64,000 bases of DNA from Bdellovibrionales bacterium (GCA_027459485.1 DAIDIG010000008.1:7402-71401), one strand, 5' to 3'. Shown: positions 1-12,346, numbered from the stretch's first letter. Translations and numbers: made by a program. The notes: generated from the letters alone by a model not told the origin.

Positions 1-385
1 CGGCCGGCGTCGGCTCGCCCGGTGAAACATTGAGAGCAATTACGCCCTGTCGAATCGCAAGCACCAGGGCGCCGCTGAAAAAAAGACCACAGAGAATTTT
101 TAAAAGTCCGGCAAATTTGCCGCCTGAAAACGCCGCTATTTCTTTTCGTAAATCAAAGAGCATCAGCACCATGACAAACAAAACCATAACTGCGCCGGCA
201 TAAACTATGAGTTGCACGCCCGCAATAAAGTAGGCTTGGAGCAGAAAGTACATGAATCCAAGACTGATCATTGTGACGGCGAGCGAAAGTGCCGCATAGA
301 TCGGGTTCGGCAAAATCACGACCGCTGCGGAGAAAACGACGATCAAAAAAGATAGGACAAGAAATAAAAGTGTCGATAAATCCAT
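1..385 (-). CDS. nuoJ: NADH-quinone oxidoreductase subunit J (N-terminal part; gene runs off the window edge)
   Basis: Absent from the ORF track because it is open-ended. The reverse frame from the ATG at 385-383 reads MDLSTLLFLVLSFLIVVFSAAVVILPNPIYAALSLAV...QLIVYAGAVMVLFVMVLMLFDL, a NuoJ/ND6-type signature. Its start shares one nt with the nuoH stop (TGATG). Confidence 0.85.
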   Translation of the reverse strand, partial: MDLSTLLFLVLSFLIVVFSAAVVILPNPIYAALSLAVTMISLGFMYFLLQAYFIAGVQLIVYAGAVMVLFVMVLMLFDLRKEIAAFSGGKFAGLLKILCGLFFSGALVLAIRQGVIALNVSPGEPTPA

Positions 386-1536
386 CAGTGCATTCCTTTA
401 AAGAGCATCCAGCCGGCTGTGATGATCACATTCGCAAGTGCCCAAGGCAGCATTGTCTTCCAGCCCAAATCCATGAGCTGGTCGTAGCGAAACCGTGGGA
501 GCGTCCAGCGGACCCAAACGAAAACCCACAAGAAAAAGAGAACTTTTATAAAAAACACGACGTGTAGAACGAGAGCCGTGACGATGGCAAGGGGGTTTGC
601 GCCGATATGAAGCCACGTCCCCAAAAGATTGTGGACTTGTTCAACCGTCATGCCGGGGATCAGGTAACCGCCGAAGTAAAACGTCACCATGAGGGCCGAG
701 CCCACCATCATGTGCCCGTATTCGCCGATGTAAAACATGAGCATTTTAAGGCCGCCGTATTCGGTGTGATAACCGGCGACAAGTTCGCCTTCAGCTTCGG
801 GTAAATCAAACGGTAGTCGATTCGTTTCGGCAAACGTCGCGGCAAAGTATAAGATCGCGCCGAGAGGTTGGTAGAATATCCCCCAGTTTAGAGCCGGAAT
901 ATTAAAATGGACGCCGAGCAAGGATGTGAGCGGCTGGCTCTGAAAATGAATCATCTCTGAAAAATCAAACGTGCCGAAGACCATGATCGCGCCAACGAGC
1001 GAAAGGCCGAGCGCCAACTCGTAACTGATTGTTTGCGCGCTGGCGCGAAGGGCGCCCATTAGCGAGTACTTGTTCGACGACCCCCACCCCGCCATAAGAA
1101 GCGAGTACGCTCCCAGAGATGAAACGCCGAGGACGTACACAATGCCGACGCCGAAGTGAAAGCTTTGAAATTCGAAATCGTAGGGGCCGAAGCTGTGACC
1201 ATTCCACAAGAATTGATTGATATGTATCGGCGCTGATAACGGTATTGAAGCAAACGCAAGTGCAGCCGGGATCAGCGCAAGAATCGGAGCCGCGTAAAAT
1301 ATCAGACCATAACCGTGCTCGGGCAAAAACTCTTCTTTCTGCAAAAACTTGACGGCGTCGGCGAGAAGTTGCGTGAGCCCCAAGGGCCCAACGCGATTCG
1401 GCCCGAGTCGCGATTGGATGAAGGCTGAACCGCGACGTTCAACCCAAACCAACACTGGCACCAATTGCACCATGAGAAGAAAGATCACGAGCATTTTGAC
1501 GGAGTTGATGGTGATTTCGAAGACGTCGTGTCCCAT
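385..1536 (-). CDS. nuoH: NADH-quinone oxidoreductase subunit H
   Basis: 383-aa polytopic membrane ORF. Contains VWVERRGSAFIQSRLGPNRVGPLGLTQLLADAVK and AETNRLPFDLPEAEGELVAGYHTEY, the classic NuoH/ND1 motifs. Confidence 0.95.
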   Translation of the reverse strand: MGHDVFEITINSVKMLVIFLLMVQLVPVLVWVERRGSAFIQSRLGPNRVGPLGLTQLLADAVKFLQKEEFLPEHGYGLIFYAAPILALIPAALAFASIPLSAPIHINQFLWNGHSFGPYDFEFQSFHFGVGIVYVLGVSSLGAYSLLMAGWGSSNKYSLMGALRASAQTISYELALGLSLVGAIMVFGTFDFSEMIHFQSQPLTSLLGVHFNIPALNWGIFYQPLGAILYFAATFAETNRLPFDLPEAEGELVAGYHTEYGGLKMLMFYIGEYGHMMVGSALMVTFYFGGYLIPGMTVEQVHNLLGTWLHIGANPLAIVTALVLHVVFFIKVLFFLWVFVWVRWTLPRFRYDQLMDLGWKTMLPWALANVIITAGWMLFKGMH

Positions 1537-1545
1537 AGATTTAAT

Positions 1546-1917
1546 CTATTCCCATTCAAGCGCGCGTGATTTGACTTCCCAAAACAAACCAAAAATAAAA
1601 ATGAGCAGAAAAATGCCCATCACGCCGAAGGCGTAGAAGCCGGCCCCACGCGCCGCAAAGTCGCGAAACGAAACGGCCCACGGGTACATAAAAATGATTT
1701 CGATGTCGAACAATATAAAGAGAATCGCAGTGAGATAAAATTTGACGGGAATTTTTGTGTTGCCAGTCGACTGTTCAGGCAGACCGCACTCGTACGCCTC
1801 GGATTTCACTTTGCTGGGTTTTGACCGAGTGCTCAAAAGTTTCGCGACAAGAAGAAGGGCTGCGCCGAATATGGCAACAAAAAATAATAGGGCCAAAGCT
1901 GCAAACAAAGGCATCAT
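1546..1917 (-). CDS. nuoA: NADH-quinone oxidoreductase subunit A
   Basis: 123-aa ORF with EAYECG...FYLTAILFILFDIEIIFMYPWAV, the NuoA/ND3 signature. It ends 9 nt upstream of nuoH. Confidence 0.9.
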   Translation of the reverse strand: MMPLFAALALLFFVAIFGAALLLVAKLLSTRSKPSKVKSEAYECGLPEQSTGNTKIPVKFYLTAILFILFDIEIIFMYPWAVSFRDFAARGAGFYAFGVMGIFLLIFIFGLFWEVKSRALEWE

Positions 1918-2026
1918 GTTGAATCTCTCGCTGTTATTTTGTCTTTCCAGTTATACAAACGTGGCGCCGCTTCTCCAACAGAATGATTTTGCGCGGTGGG
2001 CTATTTTTTGTTAGCTTGCGGCTTAC

Positions 2027-5000
2027 GTGTTGGAACCTAAAAATCAGGCCACCGCTGAAGTCGAGCCTTTTCGGCTCGAGACTATCGGTCGTCTTTCGCG
2101 CGCCCTAATTGTTAACCCCCCGCCGATCCATCTGGCGGGAGTGCACTCGTGCGCCGCTTTGGCCCTGCTTTTATCGCAAACTCTTGAGGGTCGCCTGTCT
2201 GAGCGCCCGATTGTTGTGGTGACGCCCGATCACGAGAGCGCCGAAAGGCTTCAACAATCGATCGCGTTTTTTGACCCCACCCGCCCGATTCATGTTTTGC
2301 CGAGTTTCGACGTGGACCCATACAGCGGTCTTTACCCAAGCCCTCGGGTGATCGCCTCTCGGCTCAATTGGCTCGAGCATGCGGCGCAAGCTCTACCAGG
2401 TGAGATTTTTATCGGCTCAGCCGAGGCCTTTATGCAAAAGACACTGCCTTACTCGGTGTTTACGGGCAGACGCCTTGTCATTTCTCGAAATTCCGAACTC
2501 CCCTCGAATCTTGCAAACGAACTTTCAATGCTGGGCTACATCGCCGCGCCAACTGTTGAAGATTTCGGTACCTACTCCGTTCGCGGTGGCGTGATCGATA
2601 TATTTTCGCCGGCTCATACGCGACCCGTTCGCCTTGAACTATTCGGCGACATTGTCGATTCGATACGCTTCTTCGACCCCGCCACCCAACTGAGCGTCGA
2701 AGCAACGGATGGCCACGGTGACACAAAGTTCATCCTCGTGCCGGCCCGCGAAGTTCTGTACGACGACGAAAACCGGCAAAAGATTGCCCAAGCCTTGTCG
2801 CGCGCGGCGGACGGGCGCCCCATTCATAAGGCGGATTTACAAGAAATTATTCGGGCCGTGACACAAGCTCAACCCTTTTACGGCATCGACTATCTGATCC
2901 CTTATTTTTACGATTCACCCGATACGCCGCTAAGCTATTTCTCAGGCGCCATCGACTACTGGGTTTTTAATCAACTCGACACCCTTCGCGCCGCTGATGA
3001 AGTGCTCGTTCGACTCAAGAATGGATACGTTGAAGCCTCCGCGTCGCCGATTCAGGTGCCGGTCGAAAGGCTCTATACACCTTTTGAATCTCTCGACGTC
3101 GCACCGGATTCGGCACGCATCTACGTCAACCCAACGGTGCTGGGTGCCGCTGACGAAACCGACGACACCGCCGAAAAGACGATAGAGTTTACATCTTTTT
3201 CTTTGCAAGATTTTTCGAACGGAGCAAGCGCATTGGTCACCGAGCCCGATCAACTCGCCCAGTTTGTGAAATCGAAAATTCATGAGTGGCAATCGAATGA
3301 CTACCGCGTGTTTATTTCGTGCGGAACACAAACCTCTGTCGAACGCGTGCAGTCGCTACTTCAAAAGGCCGAAGTTTCGTCTGAACTTATTCGCGAATCG
3401 AATTACTTATGGTCGCAGACTCTTGAAAATCTGGCTCAAACAACGAGAGTTGGCATTGTGGCCCGTCGCTTGCCCGATACGTTTCGGCTGCCCGGCGAGC
3501 GGATCGTGTTTTTGCGAGACGAAGATATCTGGGGTCGCCGCCGGCTTCGCCGCGAGGCTCGCGAACCAAGCAACGAAGAAGGGCTTGAGCGATCACAAGC
3601 ATTAAGTTTTGGCGATCTTAAACCTGGTGATCTGGTTGTCCACCGCGTGCATGGCGTGGCTCGCTACGAAGGCCTTAAGGTGATGCAAATCGAAAAGGCC
3701 GAGGCCGAATTCATCGAGCTTCATTATCGCGATGGCGACCGTCTTTATTTACCCGTATATAGAATTGCTCAGCTTCATAAATATGTCGGCCCGTCGGGCG
3801 ATCACATGATCGATAAACTCGGCGGCACCGGGTGGAATAAGGCCAAAACGAAAGTTCGCGGTGAGCTCCGCGATGTGGCGTCTAAGCTTCTAGCGCTTTA
3901 TGCCAAACGTGCGCAAATTGAGCGCCCGCCTTTGCCGCCGCCAGACGCTGACTTTTTAGAGTTCGAAAATTTGTTCCCCTACGACGAAACCACAGATCAG
4001 CTTCGCGCGATTTCTGATATTTTGGATGACCTCCAAATGAATCGCCCGATGGATCGACTCATTTGCGGTGACGTCGGCTTTGGTAAAACTGAAGTGGCCA
4101 TGCGCGCCGCATTTAAAGTGGTTCAGAACCACAAGCAAGTCGCCATTATTGCACCCACTACGATTTTGACTTTTCAACATTTTGAAAATTTCAAAAGGCG
4201 TTTTTCTGGCTGGCCGGTTGAAATCCGCGAACTCAATCGATTCGTTTCTCGCGCCGAGATCAAGAAGACTCTCGAAGATTTGCGCACCGGCAAAGTCGAC
4301 ATGATTATTGGCACGCATCGTCTTCTAAGTCGCGATGTCGCGTTTAAAGACCTCGGCCTTCTTGTTATTGATGAAGAGCAGAAGTTTGGCGTCACTCACA
4401 AAGAGCGGCTCCGTCACTTACGCGAAAATGTCGACACTCTCGCAATGTCGGCGACGCCGATCCCACGCACGCTGAACATGGCTCTCGTGGGTATTCGCGA
4501 TATGAGCTTGATCAACACTCCACCCGAAGATCGCTTGCCGACTCGAACCTTTGTCGTGAAATCCGATGATGCAACCATTGCGAAAGCAATCGACGGTGAA
4601 ATCGCGCGAGGCGGGCAGGTGTTTTTTCTGCATAACCGGGTGCAAACGATCGACGAGGTCGCCGCCCGAATCCGCGCTCTTGTGCCAAAGGCGCGGCTCG
4701 CCGTGGCTCACGGGCAAATGGACGAAGAGAATCTAGAGAAAACAATGCTCAAAGTTTTTCATCACGAAATCGACGTATTAATTTGTACCGCCATCATTGA
4801 ATCCGGCATGGATATCCCGAGCGCCAACACAATACTAATCGACAATGCCCATACTTTTGGAGTCAGCCAACTTTATCAACTTCGGGGGCGCGTAGGCCGA
4901 AGCAAAGAGCGCGCCTATTGCTATTTGCTTCTGCCGCCCGATAAACGAATCGATCAAACGGCGCAAGAACGCCTCAAGATAATTCAAGAGAACACGGCTC

Positions 5001-5608
5001 TCGGCAGTGGCATTCGCGTCGCTCAATATGATCTCGAGTTGCGCGGTGCGGGTGATATTCTCGGCGAAGATCAGTCGGGCCGTATCAATGCGGTGGGGTA
5101 TGAACTTTATCTTGAGCTTCTCGAAGAGGCCGTGCGCGCGCAAAAAGGTGAGGCCGAGACCGATAAAGACGTCGAGCCGGAGATCAATCTACGTGTTTCG
5201 GCACTGTTTCCAGATTCGTACATCCCCGATATCCGCATGCGCTTGTACTATTATAAAATTTTATCTCAGGTTCGAAGCGAAGAGGATATCGACCGAATAG
5301 AGAATGAGTTGCGCGATCAGTTCGGTGCGCCACCTGAACAGGTCGTCAATTTGCTGGGCCTGATGTACATCAGGCATCTTTGCCGCGAACTCGGCGTGCG
5401 CGACGTCAGCGCGAGCCAAACCGCTCTGACTCTGGCTTTTACCGAGCGAACCCGTCTGCCGCCGCAAGATGTGATTCGGATCACGACAAGAGAAAATAAG
5501 AAATTTCAGCTGACTCCGGATCAGCGTCTCAAAATACGAATGAGTGAAGTAACTTGGCCACGCGTAGTCGACGAACTTCACTCGTTGTTGAATATGTGCC
5601 CGAGATAA
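2027..5608 (+). CDS. mfd: Transcription-repair coupling factor
   Basis: 1193-aa ORF with a GTG start. Has a CarD/RNAP-interaction block (GDLVVHRVHGVARYEG), the helicase Walker A motif GDVGFGKTEVAMRAAF, the DEEQ box (LLVIDEEQKFGV) and a TRG-type C-terminal region. Confidence 0.95.
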   Translation: MLEPKNQATAEVEPFRLETIGRLSRALIVNPPPIHLAGVHSCAALALLLSQTLEGRLSERPIVVVTPDHESAERLQQSIAFFDPTRPIHVLPSFDVDPYSGLYPSPRVIASRLNWLEHAAQALPGEIFIGSAEAFMQKTLPYSVFTGRRLVISRNSELPSNLANELSMLGYIAAPTVEDFGTYSVRGGVIDIFSPAHTRPVRLELFGDIVDSIRFFDPATQLSVEATDGHGDTKFILVPAREVLYDDENRQKIAQALSRAADGRPIHKADLQEIIRAVTQAQPFYGIDYLIPYFYDSPDTPLSYFSGAIDYWVFNQLDTLRAADEVLVRLKNGYVEASASPIQVPVERLYTPFESLDVAPDSARIYVNPTVLGAADETDDTAEKTIEFTSFSLQDFSNGASALVTEPDQLAQFVKSKIHEWQSNDYRVFISCGTQTSVERVQSLLQKAEVSSELIRESNYLWSQTLENLAQTTRVGIVARRLPDTFRLPGERIVFLRDEDIWGRRRLRREAREPSNEEGLERSQALSFGDLKPGDLVVHRVHGVARYEGLKVMQIEKAEAEFIELHYRDGDRLYLPVYRIAQLHKYVGPSGDHMIDKLGGTGWNKAKTKVRGELRDVASKLLALYAKRAQIERPPLPPPDADFLEFENLFPYDETTDQLRAISDILDDLQMNRPMDRLICGDVGFGKTEVAMRAAFKVVQNHKQVAIIAPTTILTFQHFENFKRRFSGWPVEIRELNRFVSRAEIKKTLEDLRTGKVDMIIGTHRLLSRDVAFKDLGLLVIDEEQKFGVTHKERLRHLRENVDTLAMSATPIPRTLNMALVGIRDMSLINTPPEDRLPTRTFVVKSDDATIAKAIDGEIARGGQVFFLHNRVQTIDEVAARIRALVPKARLAVAHGQMDEENLEKTMLKVFHHEIDVLICTAIIESGMDIPSANTILIDNAHTFGVSQLYQLRGRVGRSKERAYCYLLLPPDKRIDQTAQERLKIIQENTALGSGIRVAQYDLELRGAGDILGEDQSGRINAVGYELYLELLEEAVRAQKGEAETDKDVEPEINLRVSALFPDSYIPDIRMRLYYYKILSQVRSEEDIDRIENELRDQFGAPPEQVVNLLGLMYIRHLCRELGVRDVSASQTALTLAFTERTRLPPQDVIRITTRENKKFQLTPDQRLKIRMSEVTWPRVVDELHSLLNMCPR

Positions 5609-6496
5609 TTAGAGTTCGATGCTGAGGCCGACTGAAAGACTAAAAGGGCTCGAGAAATCACGCTCATTACTTTGTCCGGAGCTCATGTACTCGCGCCCTT
5701 CAGCAAAAACATACCAATTTTCTATTCCGCCTTCTTCGTAGCCGTCCATTGTGGCATTGGCGTCAATCCAGTTGAGCTGAAGAAAGCAGCCCGCGCCCCA
5801 ATATGGCGCAAATGTTGTTCGGCCATTGAGCTTCGCATTACCCTGAGCTTCGGTGTATTGAAACTGGTAAGCTCCACCCATAATGTAGGGCGCGATCGCG
5901 GGCTCGCGCCAAATTGTATCCATGATGTAGCGTAAGCCCAGTCGATCTTCCATAGCTGAAAGTTGGGCATTGCCCATTTCACCGGGTGCCGTCGTGTTTG
6001 TTTTGTAGTAGCCGTAAGCACCCTCTATACCGAGAGCGCCAAGGGCAAAGTTGTAACGAAGCATGTAAGAACCCTCAAGAAGTGGCAACCCTGATGTCCC
6101 GTAAATGTCGCTAAAGCTCGCTTGATTTGGGTTTAGAAAATCGGTTTGGTAATTGGTAGGGCTATACTCGCTGGCGGTAAATGTAATTTGATTATCCCAG
6201 TGATTTCGTCGGATACGGTATGGCACCAAACGATAACCGATCGAATTATTGCCAGGCAAAACCATGTTTGGAACTTTTTCGACCAATTGCCTTTTCGCAA
6301 GGTCTTCGTAGCTGAGAGGCTTCTTCCAATAATTTTCTTGTTCAACTTTAATTTTTTGAATGATTTGTTCGCGCGACTCGCCGGTAGCATGATAGTGCTG
6401 TGGATTTAAATCGGTCTCAGCTTGATCTGCTAAAACCATGCCGCTAGAAATGAGAAACAAAGCCATCGCCGCGGCCGTAATCGCGCCTTTTCTCAT
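5609..6496 (-). CDS. Hypothetical secreted protein, outer-membrane beta-barrel-like
   Basis: 295-aa ORF with a signal peptide (MRKGAITAAAMALFLISSGMVLA/DQ). It is rich in aromatic/Gly alternating stretches (GALGIEGAYGYY, GGAYQFQYT, WGAGCFLQLNW) and ends in a beta-strand-like terminus (SLSVGLSIEL). No family was recognised. Confidence 0.6.
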   Translation of the reverse strand: MRKGAITAAAMALFLISSGMVLADQAETDLNPQHYHATGESREQIIQKIKVEQENYWKKPLSYEDLAKRQLVEKVPNMVLPGNNSIGYRLVPYRIRRNHWDNQITFTASEYSPTNYQTDFLNPNQASFSDIYGTSGLPLLEGSYMLRYNFALGALGIEGAYGYYKTNTTAPGEMGNAQLSAMEDRLGLRYIMDTIWREPAIAPYIMGGAYQFQYTEAQGNAKLNGRTTFAPYWGAGCFLQLNWIDANATMDGYEEGGIENWYVFAEGREYMSSGQSNERDFSSPFSLSVGLSIEL

Positions 6497-6515
6497 TCAT
6501 GTATTATATCGGCAG

Positions 6516-8341
<1,826 letters not shown>

Positions 8342-9226
8342 TTAATCGCTGACGGCTTCGGCGCCCGAGCAAATTTCGATGAGTTCTTTTGTAATCGAAG
8401 CTTGTCGTAATTTGTTATAAGTCAGTGTCAATTTCGATATCATTTCTTTCGCGTTTTTTGTCGCGTTTTCCATCGAAGTCATTCGTGCCGCGTGTTCAGC
8501 TGCCACACTCTCGGCCATGCAACGAAATACTTGAGTCGAAAAATGCTGCGCGAGTAATTGTTCGATGATGAACTTGGGCTCTGGCTCAAAAATCATAGTC
8601 GGTGAGGCGGCGGTCTTCAGGTTAGCGGGCTCGGCCGGTGTCTCAACTAGTTCGATCGGCAGAATTCGTTCGCTTACGAGCTTTTGCGAAATTGCCGACT
8701 TAAACTCATTATAAATAAAACGAATTTCATCGTAGTCGCCGGCTGTAAACTCATTCATGCATGTTTCAGCCATTTTCGAAGCCATGTTGTAGGATATTTC
8801 TCGCGCCAGATTCAAAATCACTTGGCGAGCCTGTATCCCGCGGCGCCTGAAATAATCGGCGCCCTTACGACCTATAAAAATGAAATCCATTTTTTCGTGC
8901 GCGTCTTTGTAATCGCGAATGTATTTTTCTGTGAATCGGCAGACGGCATTATTAAATCCGCCGCATAGTCCACGATCCGAGGTAATCACAATCATGAGTA
9001 CGCGATTGGCTTTGCTGGGTGTCTTGAGAAGCGGATGCTCCACCTGCCGAGTGAGCGCCACATCAGTCACGACTTGAAGGATTCGCTGTGCGTACGGCCG
9101 CATGTTCACGATTTGCTCTTGCGCGCGGCGAAGCTTCGCGGCCGACACCATTTTCATGGCGCGCGTGATTTGCTGAGTGTTTTTGACACTCGCAATTCGA
9201 CTTCGCATGTCCCGTAAGCTTGGCAT
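8342..9226 (-). CDS. atpG: F1 ATP synthase gamma subunit
   Basis: 294-aa ORF. N-terminus is MPSLRDMRSRIASVKNTQQITRAMKMVSAAKLRRAQ and C-terminus is NKLRQASITKELIEICSGAEAV. Confidence 0.95.
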   Translation of the reverse strand: MPSLRDMRSRIASVKNTQQITRAMKMVSAAKLRRAQEQIVNMRPYAQRILQVVTDVALTRQVEHPLLKTPSKANRVLMIVITSDRGLCGGFNNAVCRFTEKYIRDYKDAHEKMDFIFIGRKGADYFRRRGIQARQVILNLAREISYNMASKMAETCMNEFTAGDYDEIRFIYNEFKSAISQKLVSERILPIELVETPAEPANLKTAASPTMIFEPEPKFIIEQLLAQHFSTQVFRCMAESVAAEHAARMTSMENATKNAKEMISKLTLTYNKLRQASITKELIEICSGAEAVSD

Positions 9227-9240
9227 TCTCTACCCTCTCG

Positions 9241-10767
9241 TCACTGCTCGTTTGACGGCTTGAATACTGCTTTAAATTCATCAAGCGCCGCCTTTAAGAG
9301 CGGCTTTGTTTCGTCTTTAATCGCTTTATCCTCAACGATCTTTGCGACCACGTTTTTGAATTTCTGCTGCATGTATTCGAGAAGTTCCTTTTCATAGCGC
9401 TGAACATCGCTTTCCGGGTACTTATCGAGATATCCGTTAGTCGCTGCAAAAATCAAAAGCACTTGGTTCTCAACTCGAAACGGGGAGTATTGCGGTTGTT
9501 TAAGAACCTCGACCAGCCGCCGCCCACGCGCCAATTGCGCTTGAGTGGCCGCGTCGAGATCCGACGCAAAAGCCGAAAACGCTTCGAGTTCACGAAACTG
9601 CGCAAGCTCAAGCTTCAACGTGCCGGCGACCTGCTTCATGGCTTTAATTTGCGCTGCGCCACCGACCCGTGAAACCGATTTGCCCACATCGACCGCAGGC
9701 CGAATCCCTTTATAAAAAAGGTCGGCGAGAAGAAAAATCTGACCGTCTGTAATGGAGATCACGTTGGTCGGGATGTACGCTGAAATATCACCGGCCTGCG
9801 TCTCAATGATCGGCAGAGCCGTCAGTGAACCTCCGCCGGTTTCTGGGCTCATCTTCGCTGCCCGCTCAAGAAGTCGCGAGTGAAGGTAAAACACGTCACC
9901 CGGGAACGCTTCGCGCCCCGGCGGTCGTCTTAGGAGTAGCGACAATTGTCGATATGCCTGGGCTTGCTTTGTCAAATCATCGTAAATGATCAGTGCATGT
10001 TTACCATTGTCACGAAAATACTCGGCCATAGCGCAACCCGAAAACGGCGCAAGAAATTGTAAGGGCGCGGGATCAGATGCCGATGCGGCAATAACCGTCG
10101 TGTATTTCATGGCGCCGGCGTTTCTAAGTTTCTCAACAACCTGCGCGACCGTAGATTTCTTCTGGCCAATAGCAACATAGAAGCAGTGAACATTCTGGTC
10201 GTGCTGGTTAATAATAGTGTCAATCGCAATTGCGGTTTTACCGGTTTGCCGGTCACCGATAATCAGTTCGCGCTGGCCACGGCCAATCGGGATCATCGAG
10301 TCGATCGCCTTTATACCGGTTTGCATGGGTTCGTGAACTGGCTGACGTTTAATAATACCGGGGGCTTTGACATCAACGACTCGAAATTCTTTCGCGTCGA
10401 TAGGGCCCTTCCCGTCAATCGGATTGCCTAACGCATCGACCACGCGCCCAATCACCGCTTCCCCGGCCGGGACTTGAACAATCCGTTTTGTTCGCTTTAC
10501 GACATCGCCTTCTTTAATATCTCGGTCTTCACCAAAAACCACGACACCGACTGAGTCTTGTTCAAGGTTGAGCACCATGCCGTAAACAGGGCCCGGAAAT
10601 TCAACAAGCTCTCCGGCCATGGCGTGATCAAGCCCGTATATTCTAGCAACCCCGTCACCGATGGAGAGGACCGTGCCGGTTTCCGTAACCTCGAGCGATT
10701 TGGAGTAATTCTTAATTTGTTCCTTAAGTACACGGCTGATTTCGTCAGCGCGGATCGAGATGTTCAT
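9241..10767 (-). CDS. atpA: F1 ATP synthase alpha subunit
   Basis: 508-aa ORF with the Walker A motif [15 protein letters not shown], plus [42 protein letters not shown]. Confidence 0.97.
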   Translation of the reverse strand: MNISIRADEISRVLKEQIKNYSKSLEVTETGTVLSIGDGVARIYGLDHAMAGELVEFPGPVYGMVLNLEQDSVGVVVFGEDRDIKEGDVVKRTKRIVQVPAGEAVIGRVVDALGNPIDGKGPIDAKEFRVVDVKAPGIIKRQPVHEPMQTGIKAIDSMIPIGRGQRELIIGDRQTGKTAIAIDTIINQHDQNVHCFYVAIGQKKSTVAQVVEKLRNAGAMKYTTVIAASASDPAPLQFLAPFSGCAMAEYFRDNGKHALIIYDDLTKQAQAYRQLSLLLRRPPGREAFPGDVFYLHSRLLERAAKMSPETGGGSLTALPIIETQAGDISAYIPTNVISITDGQIFLLADLFYKGIRPAVDVGKSVSRVGGAAQIKAMKQVAGTLKLELAQFRELEAFSAFASDLDAATQAQLARGRRLVEVLKQPQYSPFRVENQVLLIFAATNGYLDKYPESDVQRYEKELLEYMQQKFKNVVAKIVEDKAIKDETKPLLKAALDEFKAVFKPSNEQ

Positions 10768-11318
10768 TGATTCATCACTCCTCTAGTTAATTCTTCTTTG
10801 ATTTGATTTAAGTGCGACGACAAACTGTCGTCGAACGTGAGGCTGCCGACCTGGACCGTTAGGCCGCCGAACAGCGACTCATCTTGCGAAAAATCAAGCG
10901 CGACTTTACCACCGCAATGTTTTTCAACGGCCAATTGAACATCGGCTCGCTCTTTTTCACTCAGTGGGCCCGCCGAACGCACGCGTCCACGCACCATGTG
11001 ATTTTGCTCGTCGACTTTAGCCTGATATGCTTTCGCGATTTCGCCCACCAGTGAAATTCGGCCCTTGTCAGCCAACAGTCGGATGAAATCAATGAACGTG
11101 GCCGGAGCCTGAAGAGCTTTAAGCGCTTCGCCCAAGACTCGTTCTTTCTTTTCTGGCGAAATTAACGGCGTTTCAACAAAGCGATCGATTTCAGCGTCTA
11201 CGTGGAGCGCTTTTTCAAGTTCAACCAAAAGCGAAAGAAATGTGGCTCTCGTCTCGGCATCATTTGCCGATAAAAAAAGCGCCGACGCATATCTCGAGGG
11301 GAGCTCAGAATGACTCAC
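10764..11318 (-). CDS. atpH: F1 ATP synthase delta (OSCP) subunit
   Basis: 184-aa ORF with an OSCP-like N-terminus (PSRYASALF). It sits between atpF and atpA, with 4-nt overlaps on both sides. Confidence 0.85.
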   Translation of the reverse strand: MSHSELPSRYASALFLSANDAETRATFLSLLVELEKALHVDAEIDRFVETPLISPEKKERVLGEALKALQAPATFIDFIRLLADKGRISLVGEIAKAYQAKVDEQNHMVRGRVRSAGPLSEKERADVQLAVEKHCGGKVALDFSQDESLFGGLTVQVGSLTFDDSLSSHLNQIKEELTRGVMNQ

Positions 11319-11803
11319 GTGGCTTTTACTTTCCTTATAAATTCACTGTTTAATTTTGACTTTAAATTATCGTCAGTTCGCGTTTTAAGAAGAGTACCCG
11401 CATATTCAGTGGCAGCTTGAACAACCTCAATTCGCAAATCGTTTGCCGCGCGCACAAATTCGTACTGCGCCATAGCTTCCGCATCAGCTGATTGTCGTTC
11501 AGCCGTTTTTTTTGCCTCTTCTATCATCTGAAGACCTAGCGTTCTGGCCTCTTTTTCAGCTGCGCTGACAGCGGCTCCGGTGGTCTTCTCAAACTCCCGC
11601 AATTTATTCTTAATTTCGTGCAGCCGGGTCTCGACTTCCGCCCTTTCTCGTTCCGCCTTTTTGCGATTCTCAGAAAATTTATTCGCATTTCTTTCGAGAA
11701 GTTCGTTTATCGGCTTGCGGGCAAAGTAAATTAGAACTCCGACAAAAAGGATGAAGTTAAATAATTGTGGTAAAACCAGAGCCTTCCAGGGTATTTCAGT
11801 CAT
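11315..11803 (-). CDS. atpF: F0 ATP synthase subunit b
   Basis: 162-aa ORF with a single N-terminal TM helix followed by a long charged coiled coil (ERERAEVETRLHEIKNKLREFEK...). Position in the operon fits subunit b. Confidence 0.8.
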   Translation of the reverse strand: MTEIPWKALVLPQLFNFILFVGVLIYFARKPINELLERNANKFSENRKKAERERAEVETRLHEIKNKLREFEKTTGAAVSAAEKEARTLGLQMIEEAKKTAERQSADAEAMAQYEFVRAANDLRIEVVQAATEYAGTLLKTRTDDNLKSKLNSEFIRKVKAT

Positions 11804-12261
11804 AGCGCCGCGCCTCCTGGTCCGAGAAGTCGATCGGCAATTGCAGCGCCAAGCTCAGGTGTCTCGCGCGAGAGTTGTTCTCGAGTACGCCCAGCTTCTT
11901 CTTGCACGTGGAGTCGCGCTTTTTCTAAAATGCGGTGTGTGTTCTCGCGCGATTCCGACAGTATTTTATCGGCTTCGACCTGAGCCTCGAGGCGCGCCTT
12001 TTCAAATTGTGCTTTTACAGAGGTCGCAAGCTCGCGCGCTTTTTGCTGATAAGCCGCTTCAAGATCAGTCGCATCTTTAGCGAGTTTTTCGGCAGCCTCT
12101 GTATTGCCTTCAGTCGCGCCTTTTCTTTTTTCGTAAGCCGCGAAATAAGGTTTAAATACGAGAGCTCGCAAGACCAAAAAGACGACAATAAATGTCGCAA
12201 GTTGAATGAACAATGTTTCGTTAACGCCAAGTTGGCGAAGGATATCAACAACCGTGCTCAT
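11800..12261 (-). CDS. F0 ATP synthase subunit b' (second b-type stalk subunit)
   Basis: 153-aa ORF with one TM helix (LFIQLATFIVVFLVLRALVF) plus a charged helix. It lies immediately upstream of atpF and overlaps it by 4 nt, the b'/b tandem seen in organisms with split atp operons. Confidence 0.75.
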   Translation of the reverse strand: MSTVVDILRQLGVNETLFIQLATFIVVFLVLRALVFKPYFAAYEKRKGATEGNTEAAEKLAKDATDLEAAYQQKARELATSVKAQFEKARLEAQVEADKILSESRENTHRILEKARLHVQEEAGRTREQLSRETPELGAAIADRLLGPGGAAL

Positions 12262-12346
12262 AGGCCTTCATTAAAAAGTTGAAATGTCGAATTTCGCGTA
12301 GGGAGTATCCTCTATTACATGATCAGGTCAAGCCCGAATTAGGTGA

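Noticed and set aside
12262-12346. Candidate sigma-70 promoter for the atp operon (a TTGACC on the minus strand). I also looked for promoters in the nuoA/mfd, etfB/sdhC and queE/ftsK divergent spacers.
   Set aside because: No -35/-10 pair with acceptable spacing could be identified by eye, and calling promoters without data would be guesswork.
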